Assembly (NCBI GenBank): GCA_012522695.1
Contig: JAAYJX010000107.1
Coordinates: 22,408 to 86,407, forward strand
From: Erysipelotrichia bacterium
Lineage (GTDB): Bacteria; Bacillota_I; Bacilli_A; RFN20; CAG-826
Reading direction: 5' to 3'
Length of the DNA stretch: 64,000 nucleotides
In this document: one piece after another, positions 1 through 9,379 of the stretch
Position numbering within the stretch: position 1 is the stretch's first letter
Layout: every line of letters starts with the position of its first letter
Notes under the pieces: model-generated
Told to the model about the DNA's origin: nothing
Database searches by the model: none
The model's input: the letters and a program-made list of their open reading frames with translations, nothing else
Program-made: the position numbers and the translations under genes

Positions 1-685
1 GTTTTAAAAATAATCCGCCGGCTTCTAAAACAATAATTTGACTAGCGGCCGTATCCCATTCTTTAGTCCCATCACTTAAACGGTAAGTAATTTCAGCTAA
101 GCCTTGCGCGATTCTGCAAGCTTTTAAAGACGAACCAAAAGTTTGTCTTTTTTTAATTAATTTATGATGCTTTTGAATTAAATCGAGTTCTTTTTCATTA
201 ACATGAAAGCGTGATGTTAAAACAATTAAATTTTTCGTTTTATCATTAACTCTAATTTTTTTAATCCGATTCTTTTTTTGATAAAAAGCTCCGCCATCTT
301 TTGTTGCAAAATATAATTCGCCAGTCGCCGGAACTAAAACAACACCAACGACAATTTCGTGTTTATAACTTAAAGCAATACAAGTTGTAAATTCGTCATT
401 TTTAGCAATGAAATCTTTGGTTCCATCAATTGGATCAACAATCCAAACATAGTCATTTGTTAATCTTTTTTTATCATCAATTGTTTCTTCAGTTAAAAAA
501 GCATGTGTCGGAAAAGCACTACCTAAAACATCGCGAATTGTTAAATCAGCAACTTTATCAGCAAGCGTCACTGGCGAATCATCTTCTTTAATTTCAACTT
601 CAATAGGTTGAGAATAAATCTCCAGAATTTTTTCTTTAGCGGCTAAAGCTGCGCGAATCGCGACTTGTAGTTCATTTTTCCACAT
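1..685 (-). CDS. Inositol monophosphatase / 3'(2'),5'-bisphosphate nucleotidase (CysQ-like). Partial: the C-terminus runs off the window start.
   Basis: My own reverse-complement translation from the ATG (rc of 683-685) gives MWKNELQVAIRAALAAKEKILEIYSQP...WIVDPIDGTKDF... The IMPase signature W-I-V-D-P-I-D-G-T is present. An AAGGAG RBS sits 8 nt upstream. The ORF is open to position 1, so it is absent from the ORF track. Confidence 0.7.
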   Translation of the reverse strand, partial: MWKNELQVAIRAALAAKEKILEIYSQPIEVEIKEDDSPVTLADKVADLTIRDVLGSAFPTHAFLTEETIDDKKRLTNDYVWIVDPIDGTKDFIAKNDEFTTCIALSYKHEIVVGVVLVPATGELYFATKDGGAFYQKKNRIKKIRVNDKTKNLIVLTSRFHVNEKELDLIQKHHKLIKKRQTFGSSLKACRIAQGLAEITYRLSDGTKEWDTAASQIIVLEAGGLFLK

Positions 686-689
686 TTTT

Positions 690-1646
690 TTACTCCTTAA
701 GTAATTGATCTAAATCTTGCACAATTTTATTAATTTCTTGTTCAGAGCCCTTTAACATTCTAACACCGGCTGCTAAGGCGTGACCACCGCCTCCATATTT
801 AAGAGCGACTTCACGGATTGGCACCGTATTAGAACGTAGTTCAACTCGCATACCACCTTCAAGATTTTCAGTAAATAAAGCAAAAATTGGATAACCTTTT
901 ATATTGCTATAAGTATTTACTTGACTTGAAGCATAAGCATAACTTAAACCAAGATTTAAATAAACTTCCTTTTTGACATAACAATAAATAACACCATGAG
1001 GGCTTTTTTGATAATTAGAAAGTAAATAACCACGATATTTTAAATAATTTTCTTCGACTTCATAAATAACATTAAAAAGCTCTTTTGGCTCAATTTGATA
1101 ATCATATAAATTAGCCGTTGTTAAAAACGTGCTTTTATTCGTTGGCTCATATAAAAAACGTCCAGAATCAGTTGCAATACCTAAATATAAAGCTTCAGCA
1201 ATTGTTTTATTCATTTTAAGTTTATAAGTTGCAATAAATTCAGCAATTATTTCAGCGGTTGCTATTTTATTCGTCTTCATAACTTTAGCGTAAGGAAAAG
1301 GTTTGCTTTCATAATGATGATCAATTTTTAAATATTCTTTTGCTAAATTAATACGCTGATCTTCTACTAAAGCAAAATCACTAACATCAACTAAAATTGC
1401 TAAAGATTCTTTAATAATTTGATCTTCAACAACATCCATTGCGCCAAGGCGAAAAAATAAAGAAGGTAGACCGCTACCGACCGCATAAACTTTTTTATTT
1501 GGAAAATTTATTCTTAAGGTATCACGAAGACCAATTTGGCTTCCATAACAATCGCCATCTGGTAATGTATGACCAAAAATTACAATTGTGTCATGCTTTA
1601 AAATTAATTTATGAGCAATTTTAAAATCTTCATTTTTTATAAACAT
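690..1646 (-). CDS. nrnA: DHH/DHHA1 phosphoesterase: bifunctional oligoribonuclease / pAp phosphatase NrnA
   Basis: 318 aa. N-terminal DHH motif context (IVIFGHTLPDGDCYGSQ) and C-terminal GGGHALAAG (DHHA1). Confidence 0.75.
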   Translation of the reverse strand: MFIKNEDFKIAHKLILKHDTIVIFGHTLPDGDCYGSQIGLRDTLRINFPNKKVYAVGSGLPSLFFRLGAMDVVEDQIIKESLAILVDVSDFALVEDQRINLAKEYLKIDHHYESKPFPYAKVMKTNKIATAEIIAEFIATYKLKMNKTIAEALYLGIATDSGRFLYEPTNKSTFLTTANLYDYQIEPKELFNVIYEVEENYLKYRGYLLSNYQKSPHGVIYCYVKKEVYLNLGLSYAYASSQVNTYSNIKGYPIFALFTENLEGGMRVELRSNTVPIREVALKYGGGGHALAAGVRMLKGSEQEINKIVQDLDQLLKE

Positions 1647-1647
1647 T

Positions 1648-2505
1648 TTAGCCTTTGTTTATACAGCCAAAAACTTCACATTTATTTTTGACGACTTCTT
1701 GGATTCCTTTTAATCCTGGACCAATGATTTTCCGAGGATCATAAACTTTTTCATTATTTTTAATTACATCGCGGACAATTTTTGTCCAAGCTTGTTGACA
1801 TTCAGTATTAACATTAATTTTACAAGTGCCGCGTTCGATTGCCATTTTGATTTGATAATCAGGTATCCCTGAGCCGCCATGTAAAACTAAGGGTATATTT
1901 TTTAATAAATTACGAATAACTAACATTTCATCAAATCCTAGTTTAGGTTCACCTTTGTATGGACCATGAACAGATCCCAAAGCAGGCGTTAAACAATCGA
2001 CATTAGTTTCTTTAACTAATTGTTCACATTCGTGAGGAAGAGCATACATCGATTCAGCTACGACATCATCCTCTTCACCACCAACACGTCCTAATTCAGC
2101 TTCAACAGAAACACCACGAGGATGAGCATAGTCAACGACTTTTTTTGTCATTGCAATATTTTCTTCAAGTGGATATTTTGAGGCGTCAATCATAACAGAA
2201 GTAAAACCTGCGTCAATCGCATTTTTGCAACTTTCAAAAGAACTTCCGTGGTCTAAATGTAAAGCAATTGGAATAGAAATATCTTTATCTTTTAAATATC
2301 CTTTTACAAAGCCAACGACTGTATGAAAACCACCCATATATTTCGCTGCGCCTTCACTAACGCCTAAAATTACCGGAGTGTTTAAACGAACGGCTTCATC
2401 AATAATAGCAGTCGTCCATTCTAAATTATTAATATTAAATTGGCCAATCGCGTATTTTTCATCTAATGCTTTTAAGAGCATTTCTTTCATACTAACTAAA
2501 CCCAT
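1648..2505 (-). CDS. fba: Class II fructose-1,6-bisphosphate aldolase
   Basis: 285 aa. HLDHGSS metal-binding motif, LHGGSG, typical Firmicute Fba length. Confidence 0.9.
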   Translation of the reverse strand: MGLVSMKEMLLKALDEKYAIGQFNINNLEWTTAIIDEAVRLNTPVILGVSEGAAKYMGGFHTVVGFVKGYLKDKDISIPIALHLDHGSSFESCKNAIDAGFTSVMIDASKYPLEENIAMTKKVVDYAHPRGVSVEAELGRVGGEEDDVVAESMYALPHECEQLVKETNVDCLTPALGSVHGPYKGEPKLGFDEMLVIRNLLKNIPLVLHGGSGIPDYQIKMAIERGTCKINVNTECQQAWTKIVRDVIKNNEKVYDPRKIIGPGLKGIQEVVKNKCEVFGCINKG

Positions 2506-2530
2506 ACTTATTCTCCTTTGATTCGTTTAA

Positions 2531-2920
2531 TTAATCTTCTTTTTCTTCATCATCATCTTCAGAATCTTCATCGCCATCACTAAACTTTTCAGCCCGTTCA
2601 GGTTTTAAATATTCAAGTTCTTCTTCATCGATTTCGTCTGATTCTTCCACCTCACTATAAACTTCATTCATATCAATATGAACTTTGTCAAAAGTATGAT
2701 GAATACGTAAATCCCAAAAGTTATCAATTAGCGTCACAAAACGCCCATCGAGTGATAAATCCGTGTAAAAACGGCCTATTTTGCCACGAATTTGCTCAAT
2801 TTCAAAATTTGCTCTTTTCGTAACTTCTTCCCACAAATCGTGAAAACTAATTGGTAAGTTTTCTTGTCCTGTTTCTAAAATTACATCGTACGCTAAGTCT
2901 AATAAAGATTTGCCTTTCAT
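2531..2920 (-). CDS. rpoE: DNA-directed RNA polymerase delta subunit
   Basis: 129 aa. N-terminal HARE-HTH-like region plus a strongly acidic C-terminal tail (DEIDEEELE...DEDSEDDDEEKED), typical of RpoE/delta. Confidence 0.75.
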   Translation of the reverse strand: MKGKSLLDLAYDVILETGQENLPISFHDLWEEVTKRANFEIEQIRGKIGRFYTDLSLDGRFVTLIDNFWDLRIHHTFDKVHIDMNEVYSEVEESDEIDEEELEYLKPERAEKFSDGDEDSEDDDEEKED

Positions 2921-2935
2921 ATATATTTTCTCCTT

Positions 2936-4558
2936 CTACATTTTTTTTGGAGCGCTTACTCCTAAAATATTTAAAGCATTAGCTAAAACAATTTTACTCG
3001 CTTTACAAAGCGCTAAACGCGCCCCACTTAATAATTTATTTTCTTCATCAAGAACCCGACATTCAGTATAAAAAAGATGGATAAGATTTGCGAGTTTTTG
3101 AATATAGTTTGCAATTTTATATGGCTCACGATGTTTAGCCGAAAGTTCAATAAATAGTGGGAAATCATGTAAGTGTTTAAGTAAGTTTATTTCCGCTTTT
3201 GCGTTTAATAAAGAACCACTTAAATCAAGATTATAATGTTTCCCATCTTCTAAAAGTCGGCTTAAGCGAGCGTGAGCATATTGTGCATAAAAAACTGGGT
3301 TAGAACTATTTTGTTCAAGTGCTAAATTATAATCAAAATCTAAATGACTTGAAGCTGCACGAGCAGCAAAAAAGTAGCGGGCCGCATCAACACCAACTTC
3401 ACCTACAAGTTCATTTAAAGTAATTGCCGTTCCACCGCGTTTTGACATTTTAACTTCTTCATCGCCTTTCATTAAGCGAACAATTTGAACGAGCTCAAAA
3501 TCAATAATATTTTCTGGGTAACCTTGCATTAAAAGAGAGCTTTTTATTCGTTTTGTATATCCATGATGATCAGCGCCAAAAACATCGATAAGTAAATCAT
3601 AGCCACGGCTTGCTTTTTCTAAATGATAAGCAATATCAGGTAACAAATATGTATAGGCGCCATCACTTTTAATAATAGGCCGATCTTTGTCATCACCATG
3701 CATTGTTGTTTTTAAATAAGTTGCGCCTTCTTCTACATAAATAAAAGGGCGATATTTTTCAATTGTCCGTTCAATTAGGTTATCCTGACGAATAACAGAT
3801 TCATAACTATATAAATCAAAAGTCACACGGAATAATTTTAAATCTTCAATAATTTTATCAAGTAACAAACGTACTCCTTCATTAATAAAAATGTTTTTAT
3901 TTTCTAAGTTATCTTCAATAAGTTTTGTACCATATAAACGTTTTAAGGTTTTTGCCACCTTAATAATATCGTAAGCATGGTAACCGTCTTCAGGCATTTT
4001 TAATGTTCGGCCGAACTCATTTAAATATCGTACTCTTAAAGACTCGCCCATCTTTTCAATTTGTGCACCAGCATCGTTAACGTAGTATTCACGCACCACA
4101 TCATAACCAGCAAATTCATAAAGACGACAAATTGCATCACCAATCGCAGCACAACGTGCGTGTCCTAAATGTAAATCACCAGTTGGATTAGCACTTACAA
4201 ACTCAACGTTAATTTTAAAATTTTTTTCTAGGCCGCGGCCATAGTTTTGATTCAGTTTAATAATTTTGCTAATTAATTTTTGAAAAAGAGGCGGTTTTAA
4301 AAAGAAATTTAAAAAGCCAGGACCAGCAATTTCAATTTTTTCTAAATCGTCCATATTTATAACTTGGACAATTTTTTCTGCTAATTCTTTTGGCTTTAGT
4401 TGGGCTTTCTTAGAAAATTGAAGAGCAATATTAGATGCATAATCACCATGATTATCGTCTTTGGCTCGCTCAATAATAATTTCATCAAGTAAAACATCAA
4501 GTTTTAAACTTACTAAGGCATTAAATATTTTATTTTTTAAAAATAAGTCAATTGTCAT
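2936..4558 (-). CDS. argS: Arginine--tRNA ligase
   Basis: 540 aa. Class I HIGH-type motif (ANPTGDLHLGHAR), KMSKR-like 'MSKRGG', C-terminal anticodon-binding region. Confidence 0.92.
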   Translation of the reverse strand: MTIDLFLKNKIFNALVSLKLDVLLDEIIIERAKDDNHGDYASNIALQFSKKAQLKPKELAEKIVQVINMDDLEKIEIAGPGFLNFFLKPPLFQKLISKIIKLNQNYGRGLEKNFKINVEFVSANPTGDLHLGHARCAAIGDAICRLYEFAGYDVVREYYVNDAGAQIEKMGESLRVRYLNEFGRTLKMPEDGYHAYDIIKVAKTLKRLYGTKLIEDNLENKNIFINEGVRLLLDKIIEDLKLFRVTFDLYSYESVIRQDNLIERTIEKYRPFIYVEEGATYLKTTMHGDDKDRPIIKSDGAYTYLLPDIAYHLEKASRGYDLLIDVFGADHHGYTKRIKSSLLMQGYPENIIDFELVQIVRLMKGDEEVKMSKRGGTAITLNELVGEVGVDAARYFFAARAASSHLDFDYNLALEQNSSNPVFYAQYAHARLSRLLEDGKHYNLDLSGSLLNAKAEINLLKHLHDFPLFIELSAKHREPYKIANYIQKLANLIHLFYTECRVLDEENKLLSGARLALCKASKIVLANALNILGVSAPKKM

Positions 4559-4671
4559 TGTTTTTCAAACTTATATTATACTAAATGAATAGTATAATTC
4601 AATCTTTATATAACTAAATGCAGTCATACATTTACTCGCTTTCATATTTTTATTTAAGTTTTGCAAAAGTT

Positions 4672-5148
4672 TTACTTTTGTTTAAGCAAAATAACAGCCG
4701 TCGCCTTACACGCTTCAAGGCGCCCTAAACTATCAAGTTTTTCATTCGTTGTAGCTTTAATCGAAATGTTTGAAATTGAAGTGTTTAACGTTTTAGCAAC
4801 TTTTTCTTTCATTAAAGGGATATAAGGACTTAAAAGAGGTTTTTCTAAAATAATTGTGATATCGGCATTAACTAAAAGGTAACCTTTATTAATTACGAGT
4901 TGATAAACTTTTTCTAGTAATAATAAGCTTGAAATATTTTTATATTTAGCATCTGTATTAGGAAAATGTTGACCAATATCACCTAAAGATAAGGCACCAA
5001 GAAGAGCGTCGATTAAAGCGTGCAAAACAACATCTGCGTCACTATGACCAACTAATCCATATTCAGAAGGGATTAAAACCCCTCCTAAAAAGAGTTGATA
5101 GTTTTTTTTAAGTTTGTGGATGTCTTCACCAATACCAATGCGATACAT
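4672..5148 (-). CDS. ispF: 2-C-methyl-D-erythritol 2,4-cyclodiphosphate synthase (MEP pathway)
   Basis: 158 aa. GIGEDIHKL and GHSDADVVLHALIDALLGA motifs diagnostic of IspF. Confidence 0.85.
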   Translation of the reverse strand: MYRIGIGEDIHKLKKNYQLFLGGVLIPSEYGLVGHSDADVVLHALIDALLGALSLGDIGQHFPNTDAKYKNISSLLLLEKVYQLVINKGYLLVNADITIILEKPLLSPYIPLMKEKVAKTLNTSISNISIKATTNEKLDSLGRLEACKATAVILLKQK

Positions 5149-5158
5149 AAATTTCCTT

Positions 5159-6262
5159 TTATCGAAAGCGATAATAAATTACGTCACCATCTTTGATAAG
5201 ATAGTTTCGCCCTTCAATTTTTAGCTTGCCTGCTTCCTTAATTGCTAATTCACTTTTATAAGTGACAATATCATTATACGTGTATACTTCTGCTTTAATA
5301 AAGCCTTTTTGAATATCACTATGAATTAAGCCTGCTCCATCATAAGCGGTTTTTTGCTTATTAATCGTCCAAGCCCTGCACTCTTCTTCACCAACAGTAA
5401 AAAATGTTAATAGGTTTAATAAGCGAAACGAGCTTTGAATAATTTTACTTAAACTTAACTCTTTAATTTGCCATTCATTCATAAAATCTTCTTTTTCAAC
5501 ATCATTAAGTAAAGAAAGTTGTGCTTCTAATTCTAAAGCCAAAGGAATTACTTCGCTTTTTTCTAATAAGGCTATATCTAAAACGTGTTGGTAAAGCGTG
5601 TTTTGTTCTAAATTAAATAAATCATCGATACTAATATTAGCAATATATAAAAGAGGCTTAATTGTTAATAAAAACAAAGTGCGTCTAGCAAAAAACTTTT
5701 GTTCATCGTTTAAATCTAATTGTCTAAGAGTTTTTCCTAAAAGAAGGTTTTCTTTAAAAAAATGTAATGCTCTAACTTCTTCTAGAAGTTTTTTATCTTT
5801 CGCAAGTTGCGCTTTTGTTTCAATTTTTTGAAGTCTTTTTTCAACCGTTTCTAAATCACGATATATTAATTCTAAATTAATAATTTCGATATCATTTTTA
5901 GGATTAATTTCATTTTCGACATGAATTATTTGCTCGTTTTTAAAAACACGGACGACGTGTAATAAGACGTCACATTCACGAATATGCGATAAAAATTCAT
6001 TACCTAAGCCTTCTCCTTTTGATGCACCTTTAACTAAACCAGCAATATCAAAAAAAGTTAATGAAGCATATGTTGTTTTTTTAGGTTTAAAAAGAGAAGA
6101 CAAAAAAGTTAGACGCGAATCATTAATTAATGCATAACCAATGTTTGGTTGAATTGTTGTAAATGGGTAATTGTGCACTTCAATCGTTTGTGAAGTTAAT
6201 GCATTAAAAAGTGTTGACTTGCCAACATTAGGTAAACCTATAATTCCAACTTTAGTCGACAT
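5159..6262 (-). CDS. ychF: Ribosome-binding ATPase YchF (Obg-family GTPase)
   Basis: 367 aa. G1 motif GLPNVGKST, TGS-like C-terminus, canonical length. Confidence 0.9.
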   Translation of the reverse strand: MSTKVGIIGLPNVGKSTLFNALTSQTIEVHNYPFTTIQPNIGYALINDSRLTFLSSLFKPKKTTYASLTFFDIAGLVKGASKGEGLGNEFLSHIRECDVLLHVVRVFKNEQIIHVENEINPKNDIEIINLELIYRDLETVEKRLQKIETKAQLAKDKKLLEEVRALHFFKENLLLGKTLRQLDLNDEQKFFARRTLFLLTIKPLLYIANISIDDLFNLEQNTLYQHVLDIALLEKSEVIPLALELEAQLSLLNDVEKEDFMNEWQIKELSLSKIIQSSFRLLNLLTFFTVGEEECRAWTINKQKTAYDGAGLIHSDIQKGFIKAEVYTYNDIVTYKSELAIKEAGKLKIEGRNYLIKDGDVIYYRFR

Positions 6263-6270
6263 TTATTTAA

Positions 6271-6468
6271 TTAAATAAGGCGAATGTTTCGTGCTCTAAA
6301 ACCACGTGAAGATTCTTCAAGTTCGAATTCAACTTTTTGACCCGGACTTAATTCGGCGAAATCTTCATTCAAAATACTAGAAAAATGAAAAAAGATATCA
6401 TTATCGTCGTCGGTATGGATAAATCCATAACCTTTTTTATTATTATACATTTTTATTTTGCCAATCAT
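6271..6468 (-). CDS. csp: Cold-shock protein (CspA family)
   Basis: 65 aa. RNP-1-like KGYGFI motif and RNP-2-like FFHFS motif. Confidence 0.88.
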   Translation of the reverse strand: MIGKIKMYNNKKGYGFIHTDDDNDIFFHFSSILNEDFAELSPGQKVEFELEESSRGFRARNIRLI

Positions 6469-6577
6469 AATTAATAACGCCTCACTTTTTTATATTTATG
6501 TCTAGTTTTAGACACCAAATAGTATCATACCACTAATTAGTTTTTAATACTATTAAAAGATGCAAGGGATGTTAGTG

Positions 6578-9379
6578 TTAAGAGAAGACTTTTTGATTTT
6601 TCTTAAGGTGATAATAAAAGGCTAAACGCGTAGCAAAATAAGCAATTATAAAAGATAAAGTAAAAATAAGGGCTAATGGACGAAGATCTATTCGAAAAGA
6701 AATGTTAGACATAAAGTAGTTACTTAAATAATGATTTAATAAAAAATCGGCAAATATCGTTTCAATGCTTGCAATTACAAAAGCTAAACTACTTAATAAA
6801 AAACTACTTACTAAAAAAGAGCGACGAATTTCTTTTTGATTAATTCCTAAATAAAAATAAAGGTTTATATCTTTAGAATTTTCTTCAATAGTAACGTAAA
6901 TAACGATAAAGAAAAGGAAAAAAGAAGTTAGAAGAGCTAAACATGCAAAAACTAATAAAGATACTTTTAACAAAGACATCGTTTCATCTAAACTTTTATT
7001 TATTTTATCAATTGGATTAGAGAAGCTAAATTGTGGATAATTAATTTTTAAACGCTCAATTATTTCATTTGTATTATTTAAATCCTTTGTTTGAAAAATA
7101 ACGTGCTTTGGCACTAGTGAAAATGGATCAATATTCGCTTTTGTTTGAAAAAATATTAACGGCCAAGATGAACGATGATGAAGTGATATTTCATTACCTT
7201 TGCTAACGCCAACAATTTTTAATTGTTGTGTTGAATAAAGTTTTTCAATCTTATCTTTTGTGTAATAAATATTGTCATAATTAGTAGCCAAATATAATGT
7301 TTGTGAAATTATTTCTTTATCCATAAATAATTGTTTCATTAAGCCTTCTGAAACTACTATTTCATCAAATGAAGAAGGTGCTGTTCCATACATAATTGTG
7401 TCTAAGTTTGATGAAAACAAAAGACCCCCGCTTAAACTTGTTTGTAAATTTCCTAATATAATCCCTTTTGGTAAATTATCAATTAATTCAAAAGTTTCAT
7501 CGATAAATGTATCTAAATCAATAACTTCGTCAATTAAGTCATTACTTAAAGAAACAAAAACATTTTGGGCAAAACCCATTAAAAAAGAATTAGGGTGATA
7601 ATAATAGCCTTTGTCAGAAGTATAGTAGAAATTTTTTAAATTTTTTTCATTTTTCACGATGTTAGGTAATAGACTAACGTTTAGATGTTTGTAGTCTAAA
7701 TGATAAACTAATAATCGATTTAATAATTTCGTCGGGTTATTTAAAGTATGTGTCGGAAAGTGTTTTTGCGAAGCACATTCAAAAAGAAAAGCACTTATTA
7801 ATTCATCATTAATTGTTTTTTCTAAAAAATAAGAAGGGTCTAAATAGCATTTTAAATAATAAGTTTTGCTAATCTCCCATGGTAAAGATGGTTGAAAATG
7901 ATCAATGCTTGGTAAACGCATTTTTTCTTCAAAAACATATTCGCTCCAAAGCGGATTAGTATGAAACAAACAAATCTCATTAGTTTCCATCACACCACTA
8001 AGATGAAAAACTTGTTCATCTTCATATTGCCACTCATCATTAGCGACACTAAAAGTAACTAGTGGGGATTCGGCTTTAATATATTGTCCTAATGAAAAAA
8101 ATGATCGTTCAATTTTTAAAGCAAAGCATAAGGCAAACATGTCATTGTATGGTAGACCAATAACTAATTCATCATTATTATAATCAGCTTTATAATTTGG
8201 TAATAATTCACTTTCATCTTCTTTTTCCCCTAAAACAAAAAAATCGTGAATTTGCCGACTACTAAAACGCGGCAACATTGTTTTATAAGTCGTTGACGAA
8301 ATAAAAAATTCATCGCAAGAATGAAAAAAAGTTTCAAATGGAGTTTGATATGTAACGCCTATATATTCAACGAAAGTAGCATATCGTTGTTGGATAAATG
8401 CTACGTTTTTAAAATTAGCACTATATTTACGGCTCAAAGAAGGCAGGTCTTCTTTTGAAGACATCACAATCATATTCGGCTTCATTACTTGCATAAAACT
8501 TTCTTGGATTTTTTCATTCATTGATGTTGTTAAAAGAACGGCTAATCCAGCGCCAAATAAGCCCATCGACATAATTAAATTGTTTAAGATTAGACGCGTT
8601 TTCCGTATTTTAAAAATTGAAAAAGCCCGTTTAATTTTCGTAAATAAAGGTATGACAAAATCTTCCCTTTTCTTATTTAATAAAGGAAAAGCAAAGGTAA
8701 CATGTTCATTTTTATAATTATTCAACTCTTGCTTTTTTAGTGTGCCGTTTTTAAGAAATAATTTTGTTTGACAATATTCATTAACTAAATCTTCATCATG
8801 ACTTGCGAAAATTATTAAATAATGTTTGGATAATTTTTGTAATATTAACATTATTTCTTTTGCTGTTTTTTGGTCTAACGCTCCGGTGGCTTCATCACAT
8901 AAAATAATTTGGGGTCGATTAATAAGGGCCCTAACTAAGGCGACACGTTGTTTTTCTCCGCCTGAAAGATGCCTTACTTCTTTATTTAAAAAGGATGATA
9001 AACCAACTAAGTTTAATAAATATTTGATTAGTTTTATTTTTTCTTCATTCGTTTCGTTTGTCGCTACTTCTAAAGGTAAGACAATATTATTAAAAACTGT
9101 TTCATTTTCAAAAAGTCGAAAATCTTGAAATAAATAACCAATATTTAATAAACGGAAAGAAGTTAAGTAATCCTTCTTTCGCCCGAGGTCCTTTTTTTGA
9201 AAATAATAAGTGCCTTGATAAGACGTTTCTAAACCTGCAAGAATATTTAAAAGGGTTGTTTTACCTGACCCGCTTTTGCCAACAAGTGCGTAAAATCCCA
9301 TCTTTGGTAAATCCAGATTAATATTATTTAAAACAGCCCTTTTTCCATAACTTATCGAAATGTTTTTTAGTGAAATCAT
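6578..9379 (-). CDS. Fused ABC transporter: ATP-binding domain, very large extracytoplasmic domain and FtsX-like permease (MacB-like)
   Basis: 933 aa. N-terminal Walker A GKSGSGKTT, signature LSGGEKQRV, Walker B ILCDEATGALD. A TM follows at about residue 265, then a long soluble region, then C-terminal multi-TM FtsX-type helices. Confidence 0.75.
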   Translation of the reverse strand: MISLKNISISYGKRAVLNNINLDLPKMGFYALVGKSGSGKTTLLNILAGLETSYQGTYYFQKKDLGRKKDYLTSFRLLNIGYLFQDFRLFENETVFNNIVLPLEVATNETNEEKIKLIKYLLNLVGLSSFLNKEVRHLSGGEKQRVALVRALINRPQIILCDEATGALDQKTAKEIMLILQKLSKHYLIIFASHDEDLVNEYCQTKLFLKNGTLKKQELNNYKNEHVTFAFPLLNKKREDFVIPLFTKIKRAFSIFKIRKTRLILNNLIMSMGLFGAGLAVLLTTSMNEKIQESFMQVMKPNMIVMSSKEDLPSLSRKYSANFKNVAFIQQRYATFVEYIGVTYQTPFETFFHSCDEFFISSTTYKTMLPRFSSRQIHDFFVLGEKEDESELLPNYKADYNNDELVIGLPYNDMFALCFALKIERSFFSLGQYIKAESPLVTFSVANDEWQYEDEQVFHLSGVMETNEICLFHTNPLWSEYVFEEKMRLPSIDHFQPSLPWEISKTYYLKCYLDPSYFLEKTINDELISAFLFECASQKHFPTHTLNNPTKLLNRLLVYHLDYKHLNVSLLPNIVKNEKNLKNFYYTSDKGYYYHPNSFLMGFAQNVFVSLSNDLIDEVIDLDTFIDETFELIDNLPKGIILGNLQTSLSGGLLFSSNLDTIMYGTAPSSFDEIVVSEGLMKQLFMDKEIISQTLYLATNYDNIYYTKDKIEKLYSTQQLKIVGVSKGNEISLHHRSSWPLIFFQTKANIDPFSLVPKHVIFQTKDLNNTNEIIERLKINYPQFSFSNPIDKINKSLDETMSLLKVSLLVFACLALLTSFFLFFIVIYVTIEENSKDINLYFYLGINQKEIRRSFLVSSFLLSSLAFVIASIETIFADFLLNHYLSNYFMSNISFRIDLRPLALIFTLSFIIAYFATRLAFYYHLKKNQKVFS

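Noticed and set aside
4559-4671. Possible T-box leader upstream of argS
   Set aside because: Only ~110 nt are available. There is no AGAGA/GNRA specifier context and no T-box consensus (AATTAGGGTGGNACCGCG). It is too short for a T-box and more likely just a promoter region.
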